DNA from: a virus
Taxonomy: Duplodnaviria > Heunggongvirae > Uroviricota > Caudoviricetes
Reading direction: 5' to 3' (one strand)
DNA length: 6,274 nt
Virus record (IMG/VR): IMGVR_UViG_2703718849_000001
Location: 1 to 6,274 of that record
Below are positions 1-5,660 of this stretch, in pieces. The position numbers and the translations under genes are program-made. Under the pieces are notes generated by a model. It saw only the letters and a list, made by a program, of their open reading frames with translations, was not told the DNA's origin and did not search any database. The stretch's first letter is position 1. The number at the start of each line of letters is the position of its first letter.

Positions 1-97
1 ATGGTGTCCCCTGCAGACATCTACTTGAAGCGACAGGGGATTGATTGGAATGGTGTTTTTTAGATGTGAAAAATATTTTACCCGCTATTTTACCCAT
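1..97 (-). CDS. Possible 5' end of an integrase gene (N-terminal fragment running off the left edge)
   Basis: Minus-strand ATG at 97..95 opens a frame (MGKIAGKIFFTSKKHHSNQSPVASSRCLQGTP...) with no stop down to position 1. It overlaps the excisionase stop (92..90) by 8 nt, the usual xis-int arrangement. No clear Shine-Dalgarno; the integrase call is positional inference only. Confidence 0.3.
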   Translation of the reverse strand, partial: MGKIAGKIFFTSKKHHSNQSPVASSRCLQGTP

Positions 98-290
98 TGG
101 CGCGGCTTAAGAGCTTATTTTTGAATTCACAATGGTCACGATATAACCATCTTGCTCGCCCGTGGATAACTTTGGCTTTAGGCAGGTCTCCGGACTTAAT
201 CCGGTCATAGATGAAGGTTTTACCGAAGCCAGTATCGGCCATGATGAATTTCAAATCAACCAGGGAATCAGGCTGTAGTTCGTGTTGCAT
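90..290 (-). CDS. xis: AlpA-family excisionase / prophage DNA-binding regulator (66 aa)
   Basis: ATG at 290..288 with GGAG about 9 nt upstream, TAA at 92..90. The pattern ...LKFIMADTGFGKTFIYDRIKSGDLP...RWLYRD... fits the AlpA/Xis helix-turn-helix family signature as I recall it (TG-x5-IY ... LP ... W). Sits at the distal end of the leftward operon. Confidence 0.7.
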   Translation of the reverse strand: MQHELQPDSLVDLKFIMADTGFGKTFIYDRIKSGDLPKAKVIHGRARWLYRDHCEFKNKLLSRANG

Positions 291-330
291 GAGTGCTATC
301 TCCGAATAGGGAATCGAACCTGCAAATCAG

Positions 331-358
331 GCAATAAAAAACCGCCATCAGGCGGCTT
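331..358 (-). terminator. Rho-independent terminator candidate (minus strand)
   Basis: Stem ccgcc (342-346) / ggcgg (351-355) with 4-nt loop, followed on the minus strand by UUUUUUAUU (plus 333-341). The TGA stop of the small ORF 348..515 lies in the loop. Confidence 0.45.
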
Positions 359-515
359 GGTGTTCTTTCAGTTCTTCAATTCGAATATTGGTTACGTCTG
401 CATGCGCTATCTGCGCCCATATCATCCAGTGGTTATAGCAGTCGTTGATGTCCTCTGCTTCGATAACTCTGTTGAATGGTTCTCCATTCCATTCACCTGT
501 GACTCGGAAGTGCAT
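348..515 (-). CDS. Small hypothetical protein (55 aa), below the ORF-track cutoff
   Basis: Hand translation gives MHFRVTGEWNGEPFNRVIEAEDINDCYNHWMIWAQIAHADVTNIRIEELKEHQAA. ATG at 515..513 is preceded by GGAG with 7-nt spacing; TGA at 350..348. It occupies the slot between lar and xis where Rac carries ydaC (order recalled, not checked). Confidence 0.55.
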   Translation of the reverse strand: MHFRVTGEWNGEPFNRVIEAEDINDCYNHWMIWAQIAHADVTNIRIEELKEHQAA

Positions 516-523
516 TTATCATC

Positions 524-553
524 TCCATAAAACAAAACTCGCCGTAGCGAGTT
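524..553 (-). terminator. Hairpin plus U-tract, terminator candidate (minus strand)
   Basis: Stem aactcgc (536-542) / gcgagtt (547-553), loop cgta; on the minus strand it is followed by UUGUUUUAU, immediately upstream of the SD of the 348..515 ORF. Confidence 0.35.
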
Positions 554-615
554 CAGATAAAAGAAATCCCCGCGAGTGCGAGGATTGTTATTCACCTTTG
601 ACGGCAAGTTGCAGG

Positions 616-918
616 TTAGCCATGGTTAACCTCCTGCGGAGTAGCCTTTACAAGCACTGGTGTAAATCCATCTTCATTAAGGTTATGAATATAGACTTCC
701 GTTCTCCTGCGCTCTTCAGCGTTTAATATGGTTTCTGGATCATAAACCCATACTTTCATTCGACTATTCCATGAAGAAATCGCTTCAGATTTAGTTCGTT
801 TTTCTGGTCCTTGGGCACCACATTTGCATGACACATAGCGCATTTTCCCTCTGATACTGAATGAGTATCCGATGTTAAGCACAGTGGAACCACAGAATGG
901 GCAGCGATATAGATTCAT
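616..918 (-). CDS. lar: Lar-family restriction-alleviation protein (zinc ribbon), 100 aa
   Basis: ATG at 918..916 with AAGGTGG about 8 nt upstream, overlapping the upstream gene's TGA (ATGA). N-terminal CPFCG ... CKCGA two-CxxC motif and ISSWNSR match the Lar family as I recall it. Confidence 0.65.
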   Translation of the reverse strand: MNLYRCPFCGSTVLNIGYSFSIRGKMRYVSCKCGAQGPEKRTKSEAISSWNSRMKVWVYDPETILNAEERRRTEVYIHNLNEDGFTPVLVKATPQEVNHG

Positions 919-1511
919 AAATCATCCACCTTAGGCGCAGCTGAGACAGCAACATTCCAGAACTCAGAAAACATATTGTATGCACCAGATAGATTGGAAG
1001 TGGCATACCCTCCAAGCTCACTTCTAATCTGAACGGCTCTCATCATTTCCGGGGTTAACTCCTTCGGCACCATAACCCAACCATCCGGAATTACCGGAGA
1101 GTTGCCGGGTTCTTTAATGTGCAAGCGAGGCTCACCATCTTTTGGCTCAGGCCACTGGCGCTCCATGTTGATCTTCAATTTATCTTCCATAGCAGCGGTA
1201 ATTTCAGCATCGCTGATGCAAGCACGGCGCTGTGCATCCCACAACAGAAACTGCATATCAGCCCACTCGCTAAGATCGTCTGGTTCGGCTGCGGCTTCCA
1301 GTGCCTCTTTTGAGAGATGTTTCAGCGGACCAATGGGGCCAACGCAGCCAAATGTGGAGTCAGACCATTTGGCATGCTCGTGGCGAATCTGTTCGCGTTC
1401 CAGTGATGCCAGTGCAATCCGTGCCAGTTCCATTTGTTCGCCACGGGTAAGCCCGTTATCAAGCGGATTTTTAATGAATAATTCGATACGTTCTTTGGTA
1501 ATAGTGGTCAT
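915..1511 (-). CDS. Hypothetical phage protein (198 aa), acidic
   Basis: ATG at 1511..1509 with AAGGTGA SD at 9-nt spacing; long uninterrupted ORF; stop overlaps the lar start. No family recognised. Confidence 0.75.
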   Translation of the reverse strand: MTTITKERIELFIKNPLDNGLTRGEQMELARIALASLEREQIRHEHAKWSDSTFGCVGPIGPLKHLSKEALEAAAEPDDLSEWADMQFLLWDAQRRACISDAEITAAMEDKLKINMERQWPEPKDGEPRLHIKEPGNSPVIPDGWVMVPKELTPEMMRAVQIRSELGGYATSNLSGAYNMFSEFWNVAVSAAPKVDDL

Positions 1512-1513
1512 AG

Positions 1514-1705
1514 CTATTTCACCTTAATCTCAACATTTCGCAGCTTTAGCTCTACTGGCAGGTCTGACTTTCCTGTTAATGCTAATGCGAGATTTTCTGG
1601 GGTAATGAGAGCAGTTATTGCTTTCCCCATTGCCAGACGAATAATTATTCGTATTTCGCGATCGTCACATGCTCCTGGTAGAACGATTGATATTTGTCCG
1701 TCCAT
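1514..1705 (-). CDS. Hypothetical small protein (63 aa)
   Basis: ATG at 1705..1703 preceded by AGGAG (6-nt spacing) inside the end of the upstream gene; 1 nt separates the upstream TGA from this ATG, and its own TAG is 2 nt from the next ATG. Confidence 0.6.
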   Translation of the reverse strand: MDGQISIVLPGACDDREIRIIIRLAMGKAITALITPENLALALTGKSDLPVELKLRNVEIKVK

Positions 1706-1706
1706 C

Positions 1707-2114
1707 TCACTCTCCTTTGATGCGAATGCCTGCGGCGCGGATTGCAGCGATGACTTCAGAAACTTTGTATGCCATTACCGTTTGGTAATCATCGTGAAAA
1801 TCTGTTCGATGAAGCATGCTGCTACGTTCCGGGAGCGATATTTCCCGCGCTTCCAGTTCTGCAATGCGCTTTTTTGCTGCTTCCAGTTCATCCAGTAATT
1901 CCAGTACGGTAGCCGGATTAGCCTTGGCAACAAAATCCCGGACTGGCTTACAATCAATCTCCGCAATGGGTTGATACGATGTGTAGCCATGCTGTCTTGT
2001 ATAACTACCGTGACGAATAACAAAAAAATCACCATTTATTTTTTTAGCCTGCCACTTATCTTCACCGGCTTTCTCTGCCGCTTCACGCAGTGCCTGATAG
2101 TCAATCTTGTTCAT
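1707..2114 (-). CDS. Ead/Ea22-like family protein (135 aa)
   Basis: ATG at 2114..2112 with GGTGA SD. Central coiled-coil segment ATVLELLDELEAAKKRIAELEAR resembles the ead/Ea22-like proteins of lambdoid early-left regions (recollection). Confidence 0.7.
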   Translation of the reverse strand: MNKIDYQALREAAEKAGEDKWQAKKINGDFFVIRHGSYTRQHGYTSYQPIAEIDCKPVRDFVAKANPATVLELLDELEAAKKRIAELEAREISLPERSSMLHRTDFHDDYQTVMAYKVSEVIAAIRAAGIRIKGE

Positions 2115-2115
2115 G

Positions 2116-2415
2116 TCACATCACCCTGAATCCGTTGCATTTACGTAAGAAATCGCAGATATAGCCCTTCATTTTTTCATGACAATCTCGATCATTCCCA
2201 TTGCACCAACCATCAGGTGGAGTCCAGTTTTCTATCAGAGCAGCCATTTTCTTTGCTTTCGCCGGAGTAGCTGTTGCGGTATCGCAGTAATGACGAGTGT
2301 CAACCAACGCATCCATACCATCGATATCAAGTACGCAAAACCATGTGTGATTCGGAATTCCTACAGGTGGTATTTGTTGCCCACGTCGACGTTTATCAAT
2401 AAGATATACACTCAC
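2116..2415 (-). CDS. Hypothetical Cys-rich protein (99 aa from GTG)
   Basis: The ORF-track frame 2116..2436 begins with GTG at 2436; a second in-frame GTG at 2415..2413 is preceded by a perfect AGGAGG (2427..2422) with 6-nt spacing and overlaps the TGA of the upstream 55-aa ORF (GTGA). C-terminal C-x7-C-x9-C-x6-C spacing. Confidence 0.6.
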   Translation of the reverse strand: MSVYLIDKRRRGQQIPPVGIPNHTWFCVLDIDGMDALVDTRHYCDTATATPAKAKKMAALIENWTPPDGWCNGNDRDCHEKMKGYICDFLRKCNGFRVM

Positions 2416-2579
2416 TGCTTGCCTCCTTTGCGCCACATCGCATTCAGATATTTGTTTTGATTTACTGACGGAAAAGAATTTCTCTTAAGCAATTCCTCTC
2501 TCGATGGCATTGGCTTTACGCGTTGGCGAATAATCATTTCTGCCGGAAGAATGCCGGGGTTGTATGCAAGTCCTCTCAT
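2412..2579 (-). CDS. Small hypothetical protein (55 aa), below the ORF-track cutoff
   Basis: Hand translation gives [58 protein letters not shown] at 2579..2577 overlaps the TGA of the upstream gene (ATGA) and has GGAG 6 nt upstream; its own TGA overlaps the downstream GTG start. It fills an otherwise empty 160-nt gap exactly. Confidence 0.5.
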   Translation of the reverse strand: MRGLAYNPGILPAEMIIRQRVKPMPSREELLKRNSFPSVNQNKYLNAMWRKGGKQ

Positions 2580-2866
2580 GATTTACTCTCCACGAACTGG
2601 TCAATAGCCATGCTAAGTGACATACCTAAAGTCTCGATATGCTGCTGAATATCCTGTAGCGTCTGCGCCTGAGATAACAGGATTTCACGGTTGCATAACT
2701 CTTTAACCAGATGCTCAAACTTGCTGTAATAACCGATACGGCTTAGTGTTTCTTTCCCTGCATTCTCGCCTTCTTTGATAATTCCTCTTTCGCTAAGAAT
2801 CAGATCGTGTTTTGTTCCGGTAATAACGTATTTTCCGAGGTCGATGTTTAGCTTCATTGTTTTCAT
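2576..2866 (-). CDS. Hypothetical protein (96 aa)
   Basis: The 146-aa track ORF starts at TTG inside the upstream gene. The ATG at 2866..2864 ([14 protein letters not shown]...) lies 10 nt past the upstream TGA with GAGGA SD at 7-nt spacing, so the gene is trimmed to 2576..2866. Confidence 0.65.
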   Translation of the reverse strand: MKTMKLNIDLGKYVITGTKHDLILSERGIIKEGENAGKETLSRIGYYSKFEHLVKELCNREILLSQAQTLQDIQQHIETLGMSLSMAIDQFVESKS

Positions 2867-2876
2867 TGTTAATTCC

Positions 2877-3170
2877 TCAGTCATTACTGATAGCGCCATA
2901 GCGTGAGCGGTAATTACGCAGGCGCGGGTCGATTTCAGGGAAGTGGGTATATGTGGCTTTGCGGAATGGTCGGATTGATGTCTGGTAAATTCGCTCTCGT
3001 TCTTCTTTCTCTGCAAGCCATATGCAGTGGCGAAACTCCTTTTCCTCTTTCGTTTCCTGCGGTAGAGACATTATTCGATCGTAGTTTTTTCTGAATTTAT
3101 CCAGCACCTCCGATACGGAATTGCCGGAACAGCGGCGCGCGTCATCCGCACCATACAGAGGCGCTGGCAT
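2877..3170 (-). CDS. Hypothetical protein (97 aa), basic
   Basis: ATG at 3170..3168 with AAGGA SD about 8 nt upstream; TGA at 2879..2877. No family recognised. Confidence 0.65.
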   Translation of the reverse strand: MPAPLYGADDARRCSGNSVSEVLDKFRKNYDRIMSLPQETKEEKEFRHCIWLAEKEERERIYQTSIRPFRKATYTHFPEIDPRLRNYRSRYGAISND

Positions 3171-3193
3171 AATTAAATCCTTATTTTTCTAAA

Positions 3194-3577
3194 TCAGAAT
3201 GGGATGGAATCGTCGTATACAGGAGTGTTCTGCTGGTTACTACTTTGCTGCTGCGGGCCATTTCCTGAAGCTGCAAATCCAATCTTTGCATTCAGTAATT
3301 CAAGAGTGATTGATTGACAATTTTGCCCCTGATAAACATCAACCCTGATGTTTTCTCCGGTAATTTCCACAATGCCACCTTCAACAAGAACACTACGGTA
3401 GTAATCCGCTTGCGCTCCCGGCTTGGCAAATACAACGGCGCTGTAGTTTGTCCATTCTTTCTTTTTTGTCTGGCGATCGTAATGCTGAACTCCAGCACGG
3501 ATGTTGAATCCGATATTTTCCCCGGCCTGAAACTCTCTTGCGGGCTTGTTTAGTCTTACAGTAATCGAATGTGCCAT
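3194..3577 (-). CDS. ssb: Phage SSB-like single-stranded DNA-binding protein (127 aa) with acidic C-terminal tip
   Basis: C-terminus ...NTPVYDDSIPF matches the conserved SSB tail (E. coli SSB ends DDDIPF), preceded by a Gln/Ser-rich linker. The ATG at 3577..3575 (MAHSITV...) overlaps the Erf TAA (TAATG); the track's 157-aa version is an out-of-frame upstream extension. Confidence 0.75.
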   Translation of the reverse strand: MAHSITVRLNKPAREFQAGENIGFNIRAGVQHYDRQTKKKEWTNYSAVVFAKPGAQADYYRSVLVEGGIVEITGENIRVDVYQGQNCQSITLELLNAKIGFAASGNGPQQQSSNQQNTPVYDDSIPF

Positions 3578-4182
3578 TAAGCAGCAGCTCCTTCTAATTC
3601 GTCTCGTCTGATGTTGTAAACGTCCTGCGCTTTGTGCTGCTCCGGTGTGCCTTCGAGCATCTTCCACGCTTTGGCGAACGCCTGTTTAAGCTCTTCTACG
3701 GTGTTTTTCTGCATTGCTGCGTCAGTGAATGCTTTTAGAACCTGTTCAGGTGTAGGTAATGGTTTTGATTGCTTTGCTGCTGCGTTCTGCTGATGTTTAT
3801 GCTCGTCGGTATCTGCATCTTTCGCATCATCAATGCCGAATAAACCATTGAGGCAATACTTGCGTGCATAAGAGCTTGTAGCTCCCGTAACTTGTGCAGA
3901 ATCCATTCCTTTCTTGCTTTCTTCCTCTCGTGCAAGAGCGGTTGCTTTATGACTGTTTTCGCCATCAGTAATAGTTGCCGTTGCTTTCACGTAATACCGA
4001 TCACCAATCAACACAACTTCATCGCTGATTGATAAAAACAGGCCATTCAGTAACGGCTTAACACCCTCAAGAATGTCTTCGCAGCTTCTGTATTTATATT
4101 TGCCGAATGAGTTGTATTGATTCTTTGGCGCGTTCAGATTCTCCTGAATAGCTGCCAGCCTTGCGTAAAATTCTTTGCTCAT
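3577..4182 (-). CDS. erf: Erf-family single-strand annealing recombinase (201 aa)
   Basis: From the ATG at 4182..4180 the protein begins MSKEFYARLAAIQENLNAPKNQYNSFGKYKYRSCEDILEGVKPLL..., which matches my recollection of P22 Erf. The track's start is a TTG at 4212, 10 codons upstream. TAA overlaps the ssb start. Confidence 0.8.
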   Translation of the reverse strand: MSKEFYARLAAIQENLNAPKNQYNSFGKYKYRSCEDILEGVKPLLNGLFLSISDEVVLIGDRYYVKATATITDGENSHKATALAREEESKKGMDSAQVTGATSSYARKYCLNGLFGIDDAKDADTDEHKHQQNAAAKQSKPLPTPEQVLKAFTDAAMQKNTVEELKQAFAKAWKMLEGTPEQHKAQDVYNIRRDELEGAAA

Positions 4183-4283
4183 ATGTTTGTTCTCAGAATG
4201 GACATTCCCCAAGGAAATAACGCTGATTTAATACTTCGACTCGGGACAAATTAAGGCATACCCGCATTCCTTCGCGGTCGCCA

Positions 4284-4442
4284 TTATGGCGATGCCAGAG
4301 AGCTTTCTGCGTGTACATGCGTCTCTGTAACTTGCTCTCCTTCACTGTGGTTGCAAGTGACATGAATATCTCCTTCGTTACCGATTAATTCTTTCATCTG
4401 ACGAATGAATTCTTCGTCTGACCAGTTATCTGTAAAACTCAT
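4284..4442 (-). CDS. Small acidic hypothetical peptide (52 aa) between kil and erf
   Basis: Hand translation gives MSFTDNWSDEEFIRQMKELIGNEGDIHVTCNHSEGEQVTETHVHAESSLASP. ATG at 4442..4440 overlaps the kil TGA (ATGA); TAA at 4286..4284. No SD beyond the coupling; function unknown. Confidence 0.4.
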   Translation of the reverse strand: MSFTDNWSDEEFIRQMKELIGNEGDIHVTCNHSEGEQVTETHVHAESSLASP

Positions 4443-4591
4443 TTCCTGCGATACCACGGAAGGTTGATAGCTGATTTCATCGCTTTATTTGCTTCAAGCC
4501 ACATTTTTGAATCACCAATAAATCTGGCTATTACTGCTTTGTTCTGTGCAGCACGAAGCATCTGGTGATTGATGGCTATTTCATTGCGCAT
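4439..4591 (-). CDS. kil: Kil-like host cell-division inhibitor peptide (50 aa)
   Basis: Hand translation gives MRNEIAINHQMLRAAQNKAVIARFIGDSKMWLEANKAMKSAINLPWYRRK. The IA-x-FIGD-x-KM segment and the position directly downstream of, and overlapping, cIII fit lambda Kil as I recall it. GGAGG lies 4 nt upstream of the ATG at 4591. Confidence 0.5.
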   Translation of the reverse strand: MRNEIAINHQMLRAAQNKAVIARFIGDSKMWLEANKAMKSAINLPWYRRK

Positions 4592-4710
4592 AACGCCTCC
4601 AGTTGTTTCTTTGCTGCTCTGATTAATTGTTTAACTCGGCGTGATAATTCAGATTCGTGCGGGTAGAAAGCGGACATGACGCCGCTACCCGCGAGCTGAA
4701 AGTGCATCAT
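4576..4710 (-). CDS. cIII: CIII-like FtsH inhibitor peptide (44 aa)
   Basis: Hand translation gives MMHFQLAGSGVMSAFYPHESELSRRVKQLIRAAKKQLEALCAMK. GGAG lies 6 nt upstream of the ATG at 4710. The N-terminus and the central amphipathic helix ESELSRRVKQLIR align with lambda CIII (MQYAIAG...ESLLERITRKLRD, from memory). Confidence 0.6.
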   Translation of the reverse strand: MMHFQLAGSGVMSAFYPHESELSRRVKQLIRAAKKQLEALCAMK

Positions 4711-4740
4711 GGGTAACTCCTTATATTTGATTGCATAACG

Positions 4741-4765
4741 AAAACGCCTCAAGTGAAGCGTTATT
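4741..4765 (-). terminator. Hairpin plus U-tract, terminator candidate (minus strand) between ea10 and cIII
   Basis: Minus-strand RNA forms an 8-bp stem AACGCUUC / GAGGCGUU (one G-U wobble), loop ACUU, followed by UUCGUUAU. The plus-strand RNA would have a mismatch instead, so the structure is strand-specific. Confidence 0.35.
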
Positions 4766-4785
4766 GGTATGCGGTAAAGCCGCGC

Positions 4786-5154
4786 TCAGGCGGCTTTGAT
4801 AGTCATATCATCTGAATCAAATATTCCTGATGTATCGATATCGGTAATTCTTATTCCTTCACTACCATCCATTGGAGGCCATCCTTCCTGACCATTTCCA
4901 TCATCCCAGTCGAACTCACAAACAACACCATATGCATTTAAGTCTTTCGAAATTGCTATAAGCAGAGCATGTTGCGCCAGCATGATTAATACAGCATTTA
5001 ATACAGCGCCGTGTTTATTGAGTCGGTATTCAGAGTCTGACCAGAAATTATTAATCTGGTGAAGTTTTTCCTCTGTCATTACGTCATGGTCGATTTCAAT
5101 TTCTATTGATGCTTTCCAGTCGTAATCAATGATGTATTTTTTGATGTTTGACAT
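4786..5154 (-). CDS. ea10: Ea10-like early-left protein (122 aa)
   Basis: ATG at 5154..5152 with GAGGA SD at 9-nt spacing; 122 aa, the size and position of lambda Ea10 between ral and cIII. Sequence identity to Ea10 is recollection only. Confidence 0.6.
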   Translation of the reverse strand: MSNIKKYIIDYDWKASIEIEIDHDVMTEEKLHQINNFWSDSEYRLNKHGAVLNAVLIMLAQHALLIAISKDLNAYGVVCEFDWDDGNGQEGWPPMDGSEGIRITDIDTSGIFDSDDMTIKAA

Positions 5155-5171
5155 CTATTCATATCCTCATA

Positions 5172-5200
5172 GATAAAAAATCGCCCTCACACTGGAGGGC
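5172..5200 (-). terminator. Rho-independent terminator candidate (minus strand) upstream of ea10
   Basis: Minus-strand stem GCCCUC / GAGGGC (plus 5183-5188 / 5195-5200), 6-nt loop, followed by GAUUUUUUAUCU. The plus-strand downstream flank is A/G-rich, so it is orientation-specific. Confidence 0.5.
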
Positions 5201-5295
5201 AAAGAAGATTTCCAATAATCAGAACAAGTCGGCTCCTGTTTAGTTACGAGCGACATTGCTCCGTGTATTCACTCGTTGGAATGAATACACAGTGC

Positions 5296-5508
5296 TTATT
5301 CGCGAGCTTTGAGCATGGCATCAGCAATAAAGTAGGCATCATCTGCTAATTCTTTGTACTGTGGTGAATTCTGTCCACCGCCAAAGGAATGTCCGTCCCA
5401 TCTGCGCACTATTGCTGCCATAGCCTTAGCAGCGAAGTAATCACGTAATGTCGCATCACTTGCCATTTCTGGGCGTTTGATATCTGCTTCATAAAACTCG
5501 CACATCAT
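5296..5508 (-). CDS. Hypothetical protein (70 aa)
   Basis: Tandem ATG ATG at 5508..5503 preceded by GGAGGTGA; the first ATG overlaps the TGA of the upstream 44-aa ORF (ATGA). No family recognised. Confidence 0.6.
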   Translation of the reverse strand: MMCEFYEADIKRPEMASDATLRDYFAAKAMAAIVRRWDGHSFGGGQNSPQYKELADDAYFIADAMLKARE

Positions 5509-5639
5509 TCACCTCCAAGAGCATTTGCAGCCTCTTTTGCTTTGTGAATCCATAGCAGAGCCATGCAGTACACAGCCTTTTCGTCGGCTCCTGTGATATC
5601 TTGCTCTGCCATCCATTTTGTAAATTCAACTGTGTTCAT
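5505..5639 (-). CDS. Small hypothetical protein (44 aa), below the ORF-track cutoff
   Basis: Hand translation gives MNTVEFTKWMAEQDITGADEKAVYCMALLWIHKAKEAANALGGE. ATG at 5639..5637 with GAGGTGA just upstream; TGA overlaps the start of the 70-aa gene. Confidence 0.45.
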   Translation of the reverse strand: MNTVEFTKWMAEQDITGADEKAVYCMALLWIHKAKEAANALGGE

Positions 5640-5660
5640 ATTCACCTCTGTTGTTTATGC

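Noticed and set aside
305-325. tRNA-like T-arm motif (minus-strand GGTTCGATTCC) between xis and the small ORF
   Set aside because: The flanking bases cannot form the T-stem (only 2 of 5 pairs) and no acceptor stem or cloverleaf is present; it is a chance match to the T-loop consensus, not a tRNA or att core.
422-607. 61-aa minus-strand ORF
   Set aside because: It overlaps the better-supported 348..515 ORF in another frame, has no SD and has a low-complexity translation.
1775-2035. 86-aa minus-strand ORF inside the Ea22-like gene
   Set aside because: Alternate-frame ORF fully nested in a longer, better-supported gene.
2576-3016. 146-aa version of the 2576.. ORF
   Set aside because: It begins at a TTG and overlaps the upstream 97-aa gene by 140 nt; an ATG with a good SD sits just past the upstream stop, so the gene was trimmed to 2576..2866.
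3194-3667. 157-aa version of the ssb ORF
   Set aside because: The first 30 codons overlap the Erf C-terminus in another frame; an internal ATG coincides exactly with the Erf stop (TAATG), giving a 127-aa product.
3292-3965. 68-aa (3292..3498) and 76-aa (3735..3965) minus-strand ORFs
   Set aside because: Alternate-frame ORFs nested within ssb and erf respectively.
3577-4212. 211-aa version of erf starting at 4212
   Set aside because: The codon at 4212..4210 is TTG; the ATG at 4182 gives the MSKEFYARL N-terminus expected for Erf.
4196-4267. 24-codon minus-strand ORF between the 52-aa peptide and erf
   Set aside because: No usable SD (GAAGGA abuts the ATG with zero spacing) and it overlaps the erf ribosome-binding region.
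4776-4797. Inverted repeat aaagccgc/gcggcttt overlapping the ea10 stop, considered as a separate terminator
   Set aside because: Only a 3-nt U run follows the stem on either strand; kept as a note under the terminator-series finding rather than called as a feature.
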